Position numbers and translations under genes: made by a program
Shown: piece after piece, positions 9,599-18,761 of the stretch
Layout of the letters: each line of letters opens with the position of its first letter
Numbering within the stretch: position 1 is the first letter of the stretch
The notes under the pieces: model-generated
What the model saw: only the letters and a program-made list of their open reading frames with translations
The model's database searches: none
What the model was told of the DNA's origin: nothing
From: Alkalispirochaeta sp.
GTDB taxonomy: Bacteria; Spirochaetota; Spirochaetia; DSM-27196; Alkalispirochaetaceae
DNA: 64,000 nucleotides
Direction: 5' to 3'
Assembly: GCA_965242725.1 (NCBI GenBank)
Contig: CBDESZ010000004.1
Location: forward strand, 320,001-384,000

Positions 9599-11098
9599 CT
9601 ACCTGCTGATCGCGTCCTCGATCAACCTGCGCCACGATGAAGGGATCGCCGTTATGGGATAGACGTAGCCGAGTTGCCCCGCATCGAGTCCGACGACCTC
9701 CGTGGTCAGGCCGACGATGTGAAACGTGGTATCCAGCGCCGCCCCGCCTGAGCTTCCTTCATTGATCTCACCGTCTGTCTTGATGAGCCGGCCAAAGGGC
9801 ACCTGCTGGTATCCCGAGACGATCCCTTCCGTATATGTGATGGACGCCCGCGACCCCGTTCCTCCGATGGAGGGATAGCCGATAAAGCGTAAATCGTCAC
9901 CGAAGGACGGCGTCGTCTCAAATCGTCCGGGCAGGTAGGGGAACGAGAGATCCTCCGGCAGGGGGTTGCCGTACCGGTCTGATGTAATCCTCAGGAGCGC
10001 CAGGTCCCGATCCTCGGCAGTTTCTATCACCTCCGCCAGAAAGAGCTCCCGCGCCGGACGCCCGTGATCGATACTCAAACCGACGGTGATATCATCCGCC
10101 GGCGAACCGGTGTCGCCGAGAACGACGTGGTAATTGGTCAGAATATGACCATCCGGGGTGACTATGACGCCGGACCCGCCGCCGTGTTCAGTCAGAATCT
10201 CGACAGTCGAGAGGAGGGCCCGTTCCACATCGGAGGTCACCTCCGGCAGCGAAATCGGTACACCCAGAAATTCAGGCGGAGTCGGCTGATCATGGACGGA
10301 AATGCGGTATGGCGCGGAATACTCATCGGAAATCTGGTCAATGACCAGTGCGTAGTACCGTCCCGGACGCAGGCGGGGTGAGGAGTTGCGGTCAATGATT
10401 ATCTGCTCCGTCGAGCGGACCGTCTGCGCCCAGTACTCGGAGGCGAAGGGATCGACGACGGCATTGTTGCGATTCACGAAGAGGTCAATATCCGCATCGG
10501 TGTCGCTGATATCAATACGGAGGGCGTTTGTCCCGAGGGGCACGTTGATTTCGTAGAGATCGACCATTCCGTTTTCCGGCTCAAGCGAATCCACATGAGA
10601 CATGCCCGGTGTGAGAACAGCTTCGACCTGCGGAATAAAAGCATGAGCCGTAAGCTGAAAGGGGATCGAGGTAAGGCGAACGCCGTCAAGCTGCGGCGGA
10701 ATTGTGTACTGATATGCCACGGTGAGCTTGAATCGTCCGGAAGTCAGCGGGGGCGAGGATATGCGACTGAGGCGGATACGCTCGTTGTACATGGATGCTT
10801 CCGAGACGGCGACGAGCTCGTCCTCCTCGGTATGGAGAAAGAGATCCAGATCGGCCGACGCGCCTTCAATGGCGAACTCCAGCGCAAACACATTTTCAGG
10901 AACATCGACGGTAAACTCCCGATACGAGGGCGTCTCCCCGGTCACATTCAACGCAACTGAAACGGTCTGGTTCAGCGGCAGCGGCGGATCGGGGCGCTGC
11001 TTTCTGCCCTGCCCGTAGACTGGAGCCGGACCGGACTGCATCGACAGGATGATCAACACGACAAGCATCAGGGACGATCGTAATCCATGTACTCTCAT
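9599..11098 (-). CDS. Secreted trypsin-like serine protease with two N-terminal PPC-like domains
   Basis: Signal peptide; ADLDLF and ADIDLF repeats; catalytic TNYHVV / DLALL / GSSGG. Confidence 0.82.
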   Translation of the reverse strand: MRVHGLRSSLMLVVLIILSMQSGPAPVYGQGRKQRPDPPLPLNQTVSVALNVTGETPSYREFTVDVPENVFALEFAIEGASADLDLFLHTEEDELVAVSEASMYNERIRLSRISSPPLTSGRFKLTVAYQYTIPPQLDGVRLTSIPFQLTAHAFIPQVEAVLTPGMSHVDSLEPENGMVDLYEINVPLGTNALRIDISDTDADIDLFVNRNNAVVDPFASEYWAQTVRSTEQIIIDRNSSPRLRPGRYYALVIDQISDEYSAPYRISVHDQPTPPEFLGVPISLPEVTSDVERALLSTVEILTEHGGGSGVIVTPDGHILTNYHVVLGDTGSPADDITVGLSIDHGRPARELFLAEVIETAEDRDLALLRITSDRYGNPLPEDLSFPYLPGRFETTPSFGDDLRFIGYPSIGGTGSRASITYTEGIVSGYQQVPFGRLIKTDGEINEGSSGGAALDTTFHIVGLTTEVVGLDAGQLGYVYPITAIPSSWRRLIEDAISR

Positions 11099-11101
11099 AT
11101 C

Positions 11102-11431
11102 CTACTCCGAAAATTTGAGGTTATAGAGCCGGGTCATCTTCTCTTCAAGATCGGGGGCGCTCACGTATCGCGCTTCCCGTATCGTCTCTTTCCCGTCAAC
11201 AAAGACGAGTATTCCCGGAATAGTAAAGATGGAAAAGTCACCTGCCGCTTCAGGCAGCACATCCAGATTTACGTAGTAGGAAGTAGCCATCGGGAAGGCT
11301 GAAACCATCCCCGATACCTTTGGCTTCAGGGCCGTACAGACACCGCAGTCGGGTCTGGAAAAATAGGCGAGGAGGTAGGGCTCCTCCTTGATACGACGAT
11401 GCAAATCGTCGAGGGACGTGATCTCAATCAT
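11102..11431 (-). CDS. Thioredoxin family protein
   Basis: CGVC motif, 'TIPGILVFVDGKE', about 109 aa. Confidence 0.85.
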   Translation of the reverse strand: MIEITSLDDLHRRIKEEPYLLAYFSRPDCGVCTALKPKVSGMVSAFPMATSYYVNLDVLPEAAGDFSIFTIPGILVFVDGKETIREARYVSAPDLEEKMTRLYNLKFSE

Positions 11432-11481
11432 AGTTCGCAAAGTATAGCGATCGTCGGAAGTGTGTGCTATACTCCGCCGCC

Positions 11482-12588
11482 ATGGCTCTCAATGTAGGAA
11501 TCGTAGGTCTCCCAAACGTCGGTAAATCGACAATATTCTCAGCCCTCACCGCCGTACAGGCGGAAGCGGCAAACTATCCCTTTTGCACAATCGATCCGAA
11601 TGTAGGGATCGTTCCCGTCCCCGACCGCCGGCTGGACCAGCTCGCATCGATAATCACCACCGAGAAAGTGGTGCCCACAACGGTTGAATTTGTCGATATC
11701 GCCGGTCTTGTGAAAGGTGCGAGCCGCGGTGAAGGCCGGGGAAACCAGTTTCTCGCCCATATCCGGGAGACAGGGATCATCGCCCACGTGGTGCGGTGCT
11801 TTGACAACGACGACATTACCCACGTCGACGGATCGGTCGATCCCGTCCGCGATATCGATACGATCAATATTGAACTCGCCCTTGCCGACCTCGAAACGGT
11901 GACGAAGCGGCGCGACAGACTCACCAAGGAGCTGAAATCGGCGGACAAGGGGATCGCCGCCCGGGCAAAGGCGCTGGAACCCCTCCTCCTTACCCTCACC
12001 GATCATCTCCAGGACGGCCGGCCCGCCCGGTCCCTGGACCTCACCGCGGATCAATGGCTGAGCCTGCGTGACCTTCATCTGCTGACGGCCAAGCCCGTTC
12101 TCTATGTCTGCAATGTCGACGAATCGGGCATGCACGGCGAGAGCACCTACGAAGGGCAGGTGCGGGAGATCGCCTCAGGGGAAAACGCGGAGGTGGTGCG
12201 TATTTGCGGACAGCTTGAGGCGGAGATAGCCGCTCTGGAGAGTGAAGAAGAGCGGGTGGCTTTCCTCGAAGATGCCGGGCTGGAAGAACCCGGATTGTCC
12301 CAATTGATTCGCACCGGCTATGACGGGCTGGGCCTGAGAACCTTCTTCACCGCCGGCCCCAAGGAAATCCGGGCGTGGACCTTCAAGGCGGGGGCTAAAG
12401 CTCCCGAGGCGGCCGGTGTCATTCACACGGACTTCCAGAAAGGATTCATTCGCGCCGAGACGTACCATATTTCCGACCTCGTATCCCTCGGGAGCGAGCA
12501 GAAAGTAAAGGAAGCGGGCAAACTGCGACAGGAAGGCAAGGAGTACGTCGTCCAGGACGGAGACGTCATGTTTTTCAAGTTCAACTAG
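11482..12588 (+). CDS. ychF: Ribosome-binding ATPase YchF
   Basis: GIVGLPNVGKST, NYPFCTI, DIAGLV, and TGS domain ending 'GKEYVVQDGDVMFFKFN'. Confidence 0.97.
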   Translation: MALNVGIVGLPNVGKSTIFSALTAVQAEAANYPFCTIDPNVGIVPVPDRRLDQLASIITTEKVVPTTVEFVDIAGLVKGASRGEGRGNQFLAHIRETGIIAHVVRCFDNDDITHVDGSVDPVRDIDTINIELALADLETVTKRRDRLTKELKSADKGIAARAKALEPLLLTLTDHLQDGRPARSLDLTADQWLSLRDLHLLTAKPVLYVCNVDESGMHGESTYEGQVREIASGENAEVVRICGQLEAEIAALESEEERVAFLEDAGLEEPGLSQLIRTGYDGLGLRTFFTAGPKEIRAWTFKAGAKAPEAAGVIHTDFQKGFIRAETYHISDLVSLGSEQKVKEAGKLRQEGKEYVVQDGDVMFFKFN

Positions 12589-12613
12589 CCACTCTACTCT
12601 GTACCGCGATGTG

Positions 12614-13375
12614 TTATCGTTTCCGCGCCACGTAAAAGCCGTAGCCGAAATAGTCCTGGAACCGTCGATAGAGCTCCGCCTCGCGTCGTTCCATGGCGGC
12701 CACTTCAACCGCTTCCGGACGGTCGGCGTGTCTTTCGAGAAACCGGGGTATGCGTTGTTCCGTAGGTGCGTAGTAGTTGTCGATCCAGGCGGTTGGAGGA
12801 AGGGTGAGGTATCCCAATAGGTCGTACCCCGCGCGCTCGAGTATTCCGATCTTTTCGGGAGCGGTGGCGATTCCGGGATATTCTACGTTCCAGTGTTTTC
12901 TGATTTCGTCGGGAGGATCCGGGCGCAGCCACGTCAATTCCGAGACGGCGATGACACCGCCGGTCCGTAAAAACGGTTTCCACCCTTCAACTCCCGCGGC
13001 GAACCCGATGTTGTAAATCGCTCCCTCCGACCAGATCAGGTCGAGGGATTCCGGTTCAAAGGAGAGGTTGTCCATCGATTCGACGCGCGTTTCGATTCGG
13101 TCGGCATGCCCTGCCGTTTGCGCCAGTTCACCGAGGATGTCCAGAAATTCCGGAAAGAGGTCTACCGCGACGAAATGCGCGGCAGGCAGGTTGCCGGCCA
13201 GTGTGAGGGTTGAGGCGCCACTGCCGCAGCCGATATCGGCAATCTGAAGTTCCGCGTCCCTGTCCACCCGAGTCAGTTCAAGGGCTTGCAGCGTTTCCTC
13301 GTCACTTCCCGGTCCCTGCCGTAATCCGTCCCGGTGTAAATCCACAAGGAGGGCCAACAACGTGTTTTCGTCCAT
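12614..13375 (-). CDS. Class I SAM-dependent methyltransferase
   Basis: 'RQGPGS', IADIGCGSG, 'DLIWSEGAIYNIGF'; ATG at 13375. Confidence 0.9.
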   Translation of the reverse strand: MDENTLLALLVDLHRDGLRQGPGSDEETLQALELTRVDRDAELQIADIGCGSGASTLTLAGNLPAAHFVAVDLFPEFLDILGELAQTAGHADRIETRVESMDNLSFEPESLDLIWSEGAIYNIGFAAGVEGWKPFLRTGGVIAVSELTWLRPDPPDEIRKHWNVEYPGIATAPEKIGILERAGYDLLGYLTLPPTAWIDNYYAPTEQRIPRFLERHADRPEAVEVAAMERREAELYRRFQDYFGYGFYVARKR

Positions 13376-13462
13376 CACGACACAATTAGTATATATTCCG
13401 CAGGATTTCAACGTGTCTCGTTCAGTCTCGACTTCACTGCGTGCCCGGCATATGCTGGTACT

Positions 13463-14761
13463 ATGGAAAAGAACGGACGGGATCGTTTCTTTCGTGCATT
13501 CGGCGATGAGCTGCTCTTTCATTCCGGCCAGTACGCCCTCTTTTATATCCTGATGAACTTCAGCAGCGCCGGCCTGGGATACTTTCAGAACCTGGGACAT
13601 ACGGTGCTGTTGTTCATCCTGGTGGTACAGACGAGTGTGCTTGTTCTTTTTGGTTCAACGCCGCCGAGACGATTCTTCTTTTCCCTACTTGCGCCGGCGA
13701 TGTATACCCTCCTGGAACTGCGTGAAGGAATATCCTTTGTGCTGAACATGGGACACATGTTTTTCTGGATCAGTTCGATAGTGACCGGGGCAATTCAGGC
13801 GGCCATGCTGGGTGACCGGGAATCGAAGGTGCGGGAAGTCCTCGAGTTTTTGCTGACCATGGTGAACGTCGCGATTTTCATGGTTGTCTACTTCTATTTT
13901 GATATCAAACTCGGTCTGGAGGAGTCCGTTGCCGCCGGGACGTTGTCGGTGGAGCAGATGAACCGGGAACTTGAGATCTCCCGATTTGTTCCGTCCTTCG
14001 TCGATTTTCTCGCGGATCCCGCCCATTTGTATATCGTTGCAGGCGGCGTGATTCTCGCGGCAACCCTCGGTATCGGCCGCGTTCGCATTATTAAACTTTC
14101 TGCAAGGATAGCCGAGCTCTTCGGACAATACGTGGACAACGACGTAAGGGACCGCATCCTATCCAAGGATGGGGAGACGATTGCCGACTTCCGGGAAGTA
14201 GCGATCCTTTTTTCCGATATCCGCGATTTTACCACCCTTTCAGAAGACGAGACACCGGGGAACATCACGGCCATGCTCAACGAATATTTCTCGTGGTGGG
14301 ACCGGGAAGTGAAACGGCATGGCGGTATCATCGACAAATATATCGGCGACGCCGTGATGGTCATTTTCGGACTTGAGAACAGCGATACCGCATGCGCATC
14401 CGCAGTTGAGTGTGCCCTGGCGATGAAATCGAGCCTCCCGGAGCTTCAGGATTTAATGAAGAGGCGGGGTATTCCCGCAATTGAAGGATTTGGCGTGGGA
14501 ATCAACTATGGACCGGTGCTGGTCGGCGACATAGGGAGCGCCAACCGCAGAAATTTTACCGTCGTCGGGGATTCCGTCAACGTCGCCTCCCGACTGGAGA
14601 GCGCAACCAAGGAACTCGACGCCTCGATCGTCATCAGTGAGGCGACGTTTCAACAGCTGCCGGAAGGTCTGAAAACACGCTTTACCGCCAGGGGAGCCGT
14701 CTCACTCAAGGGACGGAAGGACACAATCAAGGTCTACTCGGATCCATACGAGGGAAGGTAG
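13463..14761 (+). CDS. Membrane-bound class III adenylate/guanylate cyclase
   Basis: Several N-terminal TMs; FSDIRDFT, DKYIGDAVM, TVVGDSVNVASRLE, LKGR. Confidence 0.9.
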   Translation: MEKNGRDRFFRAFGDELLFHSGQYALFYILMNFSSAGLGYFQNLGHTVLLFILVVQTSVLVLFGSTPPRRFFFSLLAPAMYTLLELREGISFVLNMGHMFFWISSIVTGAIQAAMLGDRESKVREVLEFLLTMVNVAIFMVVYFYFDIKLGLEESVAAGTLSVEQMNRELEISRFVPSFVDFLADPAHLYIVAGGVILAATLGIGRVRIIKLSARIAELFGQYVDNDVRDRILSKDGETIADFREVAILFSDIRDFTTLSEDETPGNITAMLNEYFSWWDREVKRHGGIIDKYIGDAVMVIFGLENSDTACASAVECALAMKSSLPELQDLMKRRGIPAIEGFGVGINYGPVLVGDIGSANRRNFTVVGDSVNVASRLESATKELDASIVISEATFQQLPEGLKTRFTARGAVSLKGRKDTIKVYSDPYEGR

Positions 14762-14787
14762 AACTTCCGCGACGATTCAGTAATGAT

Positions 14788-15465
14788 ATGTGTGTGATTT
14801 CCGACGACGATTGGCGAGTTTTTTCAAAGCGATTTTCTCTGTCCGGTATGGACAGGCACTCGGAGCTGCTGATCAGGAGCAACGGTGTTCTTCGACGCGT
14901 TGAATCCGGTGAAGTGCTCTATCGTGATGGCGACAGCTGCACGCATCTACCACTGGTTGTATCGGGAGAATTGATTCTTACCAAACATGCAGAGAACGGC
15001 CGGGCGATTACTCTCTACCGGGTGGAAGGGGGGCAATCGTGCATCCTCTCCACGCTGAGCATTCTCAATTCCGATGTCTTCCCCGCCGAGGCGACGACAC
15101 GGGGGGCATCGACGCTGTTGCTTGTTCCTGCGGAGGTGCTGCGCCGCCTGATTGATCGTGATGATTGGTGGCGACGCTTTGTGTTTTCAACGTACCATCA
15201 GCGCCTTTCAGGACTGATTTCTCTCATTGAAGAGGTTGTCTTCGGCAAACTGGACGTCCGTTTGGCGGAACTCCTCCTTCAACGGACCGGCGAGGAACAC
15301 CGTTCCCTGGAAACGACACATCAGGAACTTGCCGAGGAGCTCGGCTCTTCCCGGGAGGTGGTGAGCCGACTTTTAAAAGACTGGGAACGTCAGGGTGTTG
15401 TGGAACTGCACAGGGGAGAAGTGAATATCAAAGACCGCACATCCCTCGAAAAATTTCAGCGTTAA
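14788..15465 (+). CDS. Crp/Fnr family transcriptional regulator
   Basis: cNMP-binding-like domain ('LYRVEGGQSCILS') and HTH 'THQELAEELGSSREVVSRLLK'. Confidence 0.9.
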   Translation: MCVISDDDWRVFSKRFSLSGMDRHSELLIRSNGVLRRVESGEVLYRDGDSCTHLPLVVSGELILTKHAENGRAITLYRVEGGQSCILSTLSILNSDVFPAEATTRGASTLLLVPAEVLRRLIDRDDWWRRFVFSTYHQRLSGLISLIEEVVFGKLDVRLAELLLQRTGEEHRSLETTHQELAEELGSSREVVSRLLKDWERQGVVELHRGEVNIKDRTSLEKFQR

Positions 15466-15466
15466 C

Positions 15467-15479
15467 GTGACTTTGTCAC
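15467..15479. promoter_or_regulatory. Palindrome GTGAC-TTT-GTCAC, candidate Crp/Fnr-type operator
   Basis: Perfect 5-bp inverted repeat immediately after the regulator stop, about 60 bp upstream of the DUF2892 gene. Confidence 0.6.
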
Positions 15480-15540
15480 AGACCCCCGCTCTTTTCAGCG
15501 CGTATCTTCAGGTAAAGACGTACCTTCTGGAGGAATACAA

Positions 15541-15741
15541 ATGAAGAAGAATATGGGTTCAATTGACAGAGTTCTGCGTATCGTTCTGGCGATAGCTTTC
15601 GTACTTGTCGCGGTCAATTACGGCGGACTTTTCTGGATTCTTGGTGCATTGGGCGTTGTTTTTGTCCTTACCGCGGCAGTCGGCGTATGTCCGCTCTACA
15701 TGCCCTTCAAAATCAGTACGCGGAAAGGCGGCTCGAACTAA
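15541..15741 (+). CDS. YgaP-like DUF2892 small membrane protein
   Basis: MKKNMGSIDRVLR...GVCPLY motif; GGAGG RBS. Confidence 0.88.
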   Translation: MKKNMGSIDRVLRIVLAIAFVLVAVNYGGLFWILGALGVVFVLTAAVGVCPLYMPFKISTRKGGSN

Positions 15742-15803
15742 GGGGCTTATCGGGAATGCAGGATGCAGCGACCGGGATGAGTTTCGTTTGATGCGGCAGC
15801 GCG

Positions 15804-16761
15804 TCACCGGTCAGCGTCTTCTTCCCGATTCAGTTTCCCCTGGGATACGCCATAGCGTTCTTTCCGCTCGACGTTACCCTTCGGTTCCACGTGGACGAGT
15901 ACGTCGTACACGTTGTCGACAGCTTCCTTTATCGCCTGCTCAACCTGTTGTGCAATTCTGTGGCCCTCGACAATGGTGAGGTTTCCATCAACCTCAATGT
16001 CCAGGTCGACGACCTGCATGGGACCGATGGTACGTATTCGCGTCCGGTGGGGATGCTCCGCTCCCTCGATTTCGTTGACTACCGAAAAGATCGTCTCGTA
16101 GGCGTCCCGGTCTTTGAAATCCTTCCATCAGCTCGGTATTGGTGTCGAGAAAGATCTGAAACGCGACGAACATGATCCAGACGCTGATGAGAAGCGCCAC
16201 GACCGTGTCCACGGCGGGAAGGTCAAACTGTATCGTGAACGCAAGACCGACGAGAACCCCGACGGAAACGGCGATATCCGCCCGCATGTTTTTGGCGTCG
16301 GCGACGAGCATGGAACTGTTCACCCGCATACCGACGATTCCCTTATATATCGCCAGACCGCCTTTGCCGAGAATTGACGCGACGGTGACCCAGACGGCAA
16401 GGACCGACGGAATATCCCTGGTATTGCCGGCGATCAGGTCACCGAACGTTCCGAACGCCAATTGGGCCCCCGCGAAAAAAATGATAAAGGAGACCGACTT
16501 GGTAGCGATCGTCTCAACGCGACTGTGTCCGTAGGGGTGATCGATATCGGGAGGTTTGGACGTGATGCGCGCAGCGACAAGGGTGATGGCGCTGGTAAGA
16601 ACGTCAAGGCCCGAGTCTATCCCGTCGCCGAGAACCGCGGCACTGCCTGAGATATATCCCGCCACTCCCTTCAGAAGCGCAAGCAAGCCGTTTCCGATAA
16701 TACCAACCCAGGATGCGATGACGATCCTGCGTGACCGTTCCGTAGCATGATTTTGCGTCAC
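15804..16761 (-). CDS. Cation diffusion facilitator (FieF-like), split by a 1-nt insertion near 16118
   Basis: 'DGIDSGLD', 'HPYGHSRVE', 'NMRADIAVS'; the C-terminal dimerisation domain 'VDLDIEVDG...VLVHVEP' is in a second frame. Confidence 0.85.
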
Positions 16762-16857
16762 CGGGCAACGGTAGCGTACCTTCCCGGGGAGGGCAAGTGT
16801 CCGTTGACCTCGCTTAAAAGTTATGCTAAGCTAACTTTCCATTCAGGAGACACCAGT

Positions 16858-17832
16858 ATGAACGAGTTTCTCAACGCGGAAAGCCATCGGCATTCACATG
16901 TTTTTGGCCTGGACAGAAAGCACGCGGTGTGAACGCAAGACCCACATCGTCATTGCGATAACCGCGACGATGATGCTGTTTGAAATTACCGCCGGGGCTG
17001 CATTTGGCTCCATGCCCTCCTCGCGGATGGGATCCATATGGCATCCCACGCCATTGCCCTCGGTATCGTGGCATTTGCCTATGCCTATGCAAGGAATCAC
17101 GCCAATGATACCCGATTCAGTTTTTGGGGCTGGAAAAGTAAACGCCCTCGGCGGATATACCGGGGCAATACTCCTTGGTATTTTTGCATTCATGATGGCC
17201 TGGGAAAGTATCGGAAGATTATTCCGTCCCGTGGAGATCGCCTTCGACCAGGCAATTATCGTCGCAGTTCTCGGTCTCGTGGTAAACGGTGTCTCCGTCT
17301 TTGTCCTTGGAGACCATCATCACGGCCACGGCCACGACCACGACCACGACCATGGTCACCATCATGATCATCACCATCACCATCACCATCACGACCACAA
17401 CCGACGTGCCGCCTACTTCCACGTACTCGCCGACGCGCTTACCTCGGTTACCGGCGATTATCGCACTGGTGATCGGGAAGATTTTCGGTCTCGTATGGTT
17501 TGATCCCCTCATGGGCGTGGCGGGCTCCATTCTTGTCGCGAAGTGGTCCTACGGGCTTCTGAAACAGACGTCGACGGTCCTCCTCGATCATCAGGATTCC
17601 GATATCGCCGGGCACATCCGGGACATGGTTTGCAGCGGAGGAGAATGTCGATATCTTCGACCTGCATGTGTGGACCGTTGCGCCGGGACGCCTGGCCGCA
17701 ATTGTCGGCCTGGTCACGACACCGGAGGTCAATATCGACGATCTTCGACAGAGGATTTCGGTATTTCCCGGGCTTGCCCACATTACCATTGAAAATCGCG
17801 GAGTGCCTGCGATGTACTCCCAACCGAGCTAA
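16858..17832 (+). pseudogene. DmeF-like His-rich CDF metal efflux transporter with about 5 single-base frameshifts (probably sequencing errors)
   Basis: Joining the frames gives 'FGSMALLADGIHMASHA...RFSFGAGKVNALGGY...HHH..HNRRAAYFHVLADALTS...DLHVWTVAPG'. Confidence 0.8.
17312..17398 (+). repeat. Low-complexity CAC/CAT/GAC repeat encoding a His/Asp-rich metal-binding loop
   Basis: DHHHGHGHDHDHDHGHHHDHHHHHHHHDH read directly. Confidence 0.85.
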
Positions 17833-17921
17833 CGATCAGACCAACCTTTCCTCATTCCCTGAGTTCATAGGGCGTGAGATTTTGTTTTATTTTTGTTGTA
17901 ATCTGATTGGGAGAGGACGAA

Positions 17922-18140
17922 ATGAAAGCAGAGTTCACCGCAATCATCGACAAGGCTCCGGAGGGTGGCTATTGGGCTGTTTGTCCGGAGATTCCCGGCG
18001 CCAACGGACAAGGGGAAACGAAAGAAGAGGCGAAGGAGTGCCTCCGGGAAGCGATTGCTCTGATCCTCGAAGATAGGCTGGAGGATGGGCTTCGCGGTCT
18101 GGCATCAGGAGCCATTCGAGAGACGATTTCAGTCGGATGA
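17922..18140 (+). CDS. hicB: HicB family antitoxin (short, no DNA-binding domain)
   Basis: 'GGYWAVCPEIPGANGQGETKEEAKECLREAI'; GAGAGG RBS before ATG 17922. Confidence 0.88.
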   Translation: MKAEFTAIIDKAPEGGYWAVCPEIPGANGQGETKEEAKECLREAIALILEDRLEDGLRGLASGAIRETISVG

Positions 18141-18316
18141 AACGCTCGGAGCTCGAACGTCGTCTACGGAGGAGTGGCTGCTACCTGAAGCGTGAGGGGC
18201 GATCACATTCCATCTGGGTCAATCCTCAAACGAGTGTTGTAGAGACGATCCCTCGACACACCGAAATCAAAGAACCCCTTGCGAGGAAGATTTTGCGGAA
18301 TCTTGGCGCTCAATGA
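18137..18316 (+). CDS. hicA: HicA family mRNA interferase toxin (59 aa, absent from the ORF track)
   Basis: Translated by hand: MKRSELERRLRRSGCYLKREGRSHSIWVNPQTSVVETIPRHTEIKEPLARKILRNLGAQ; ATGA overlap with hicB. Confidence 0.9.
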   Translation: MKRSELERRLRRSGCYLKREGRSHSIWVNPQTSVVETIPRHTEIKEPLARKILRNLGAQ

Positions 18317-18576
18317 AGTACCTGCCGCGACGTAGTTAATCAGCCGGGAACGTCGTCCCGTTCGTGTAATAACTGACGATTCAGCATTTCTCGCTGCTCC
18401 CGGCGGCACTGCGAAATCCCGGAAGGTTCAGTACGCGCGTAGATTCTGTCGGCTCCCTCCGACCCGTCTCCGGCACTAATCCGGCATCCTGCCGGATTGC
18501 ACTCGCCCGTTCGGCGCGTTCCTCGCTTTGCTGTGGTACGCCCGCCAACCGTTTCAAGTCCTCTCCATCCCTGACA

Positions 18577-18616
18577 AAAAGAAAGCCGAGCACCAAAAGG
18601 TACTCGGCTTTCTTTT
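18577..18616. terminator. Bidirectional intrinsic terminator-like hairpin at the tRNA 3' end
   Basis: AAAAGAAAGCCGAG-CACCAAAAGGTA-CTCGGCTTTCTTTT inverted repeat. Confidence 0.75.
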
Positions 18617-18699
18617 GCCCGAGAGAGGACTTGAACCTCCACGTCCGTAAGGACACTAGACCCTGAACCTAGCGCGTCTACCAGTTCCGCCACTCGGGC
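18616..18699 (-). tRNA. tRNA-Leu(CAG), CCA not encoded
   Basis: GCCCGAGTGGCGGAACTGGTAGACGCGCTAGGTTCAGGGTCTAGTGTCCTTACGGACGTGGAGGTTCAAGTCCTCTCTCGGGCA: acceptor stem, D arm, anticodon CAG, long variable arm, TTC loop. Confidence 0.96.
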
Positions 18700-18761
18700 A
18701 TGTTCGTAATGTGTTGGCGATAGTACCGCGGGGTGACGGCATTGTCAATATGGAAAACCGG

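Noticed and set aside
17909..17918. GAGAGGAC as an att duplicate of the tRNA-Leu 3' end
   Set aside because: Only an 8-bp match, it doubles as the hicB ribosome-binding site, and there is no integrase.
18340..18693. ORFs of 117 and 91 aa over the tRNA
   Set aside because: They are translations of the tRNA gene and its trailer.
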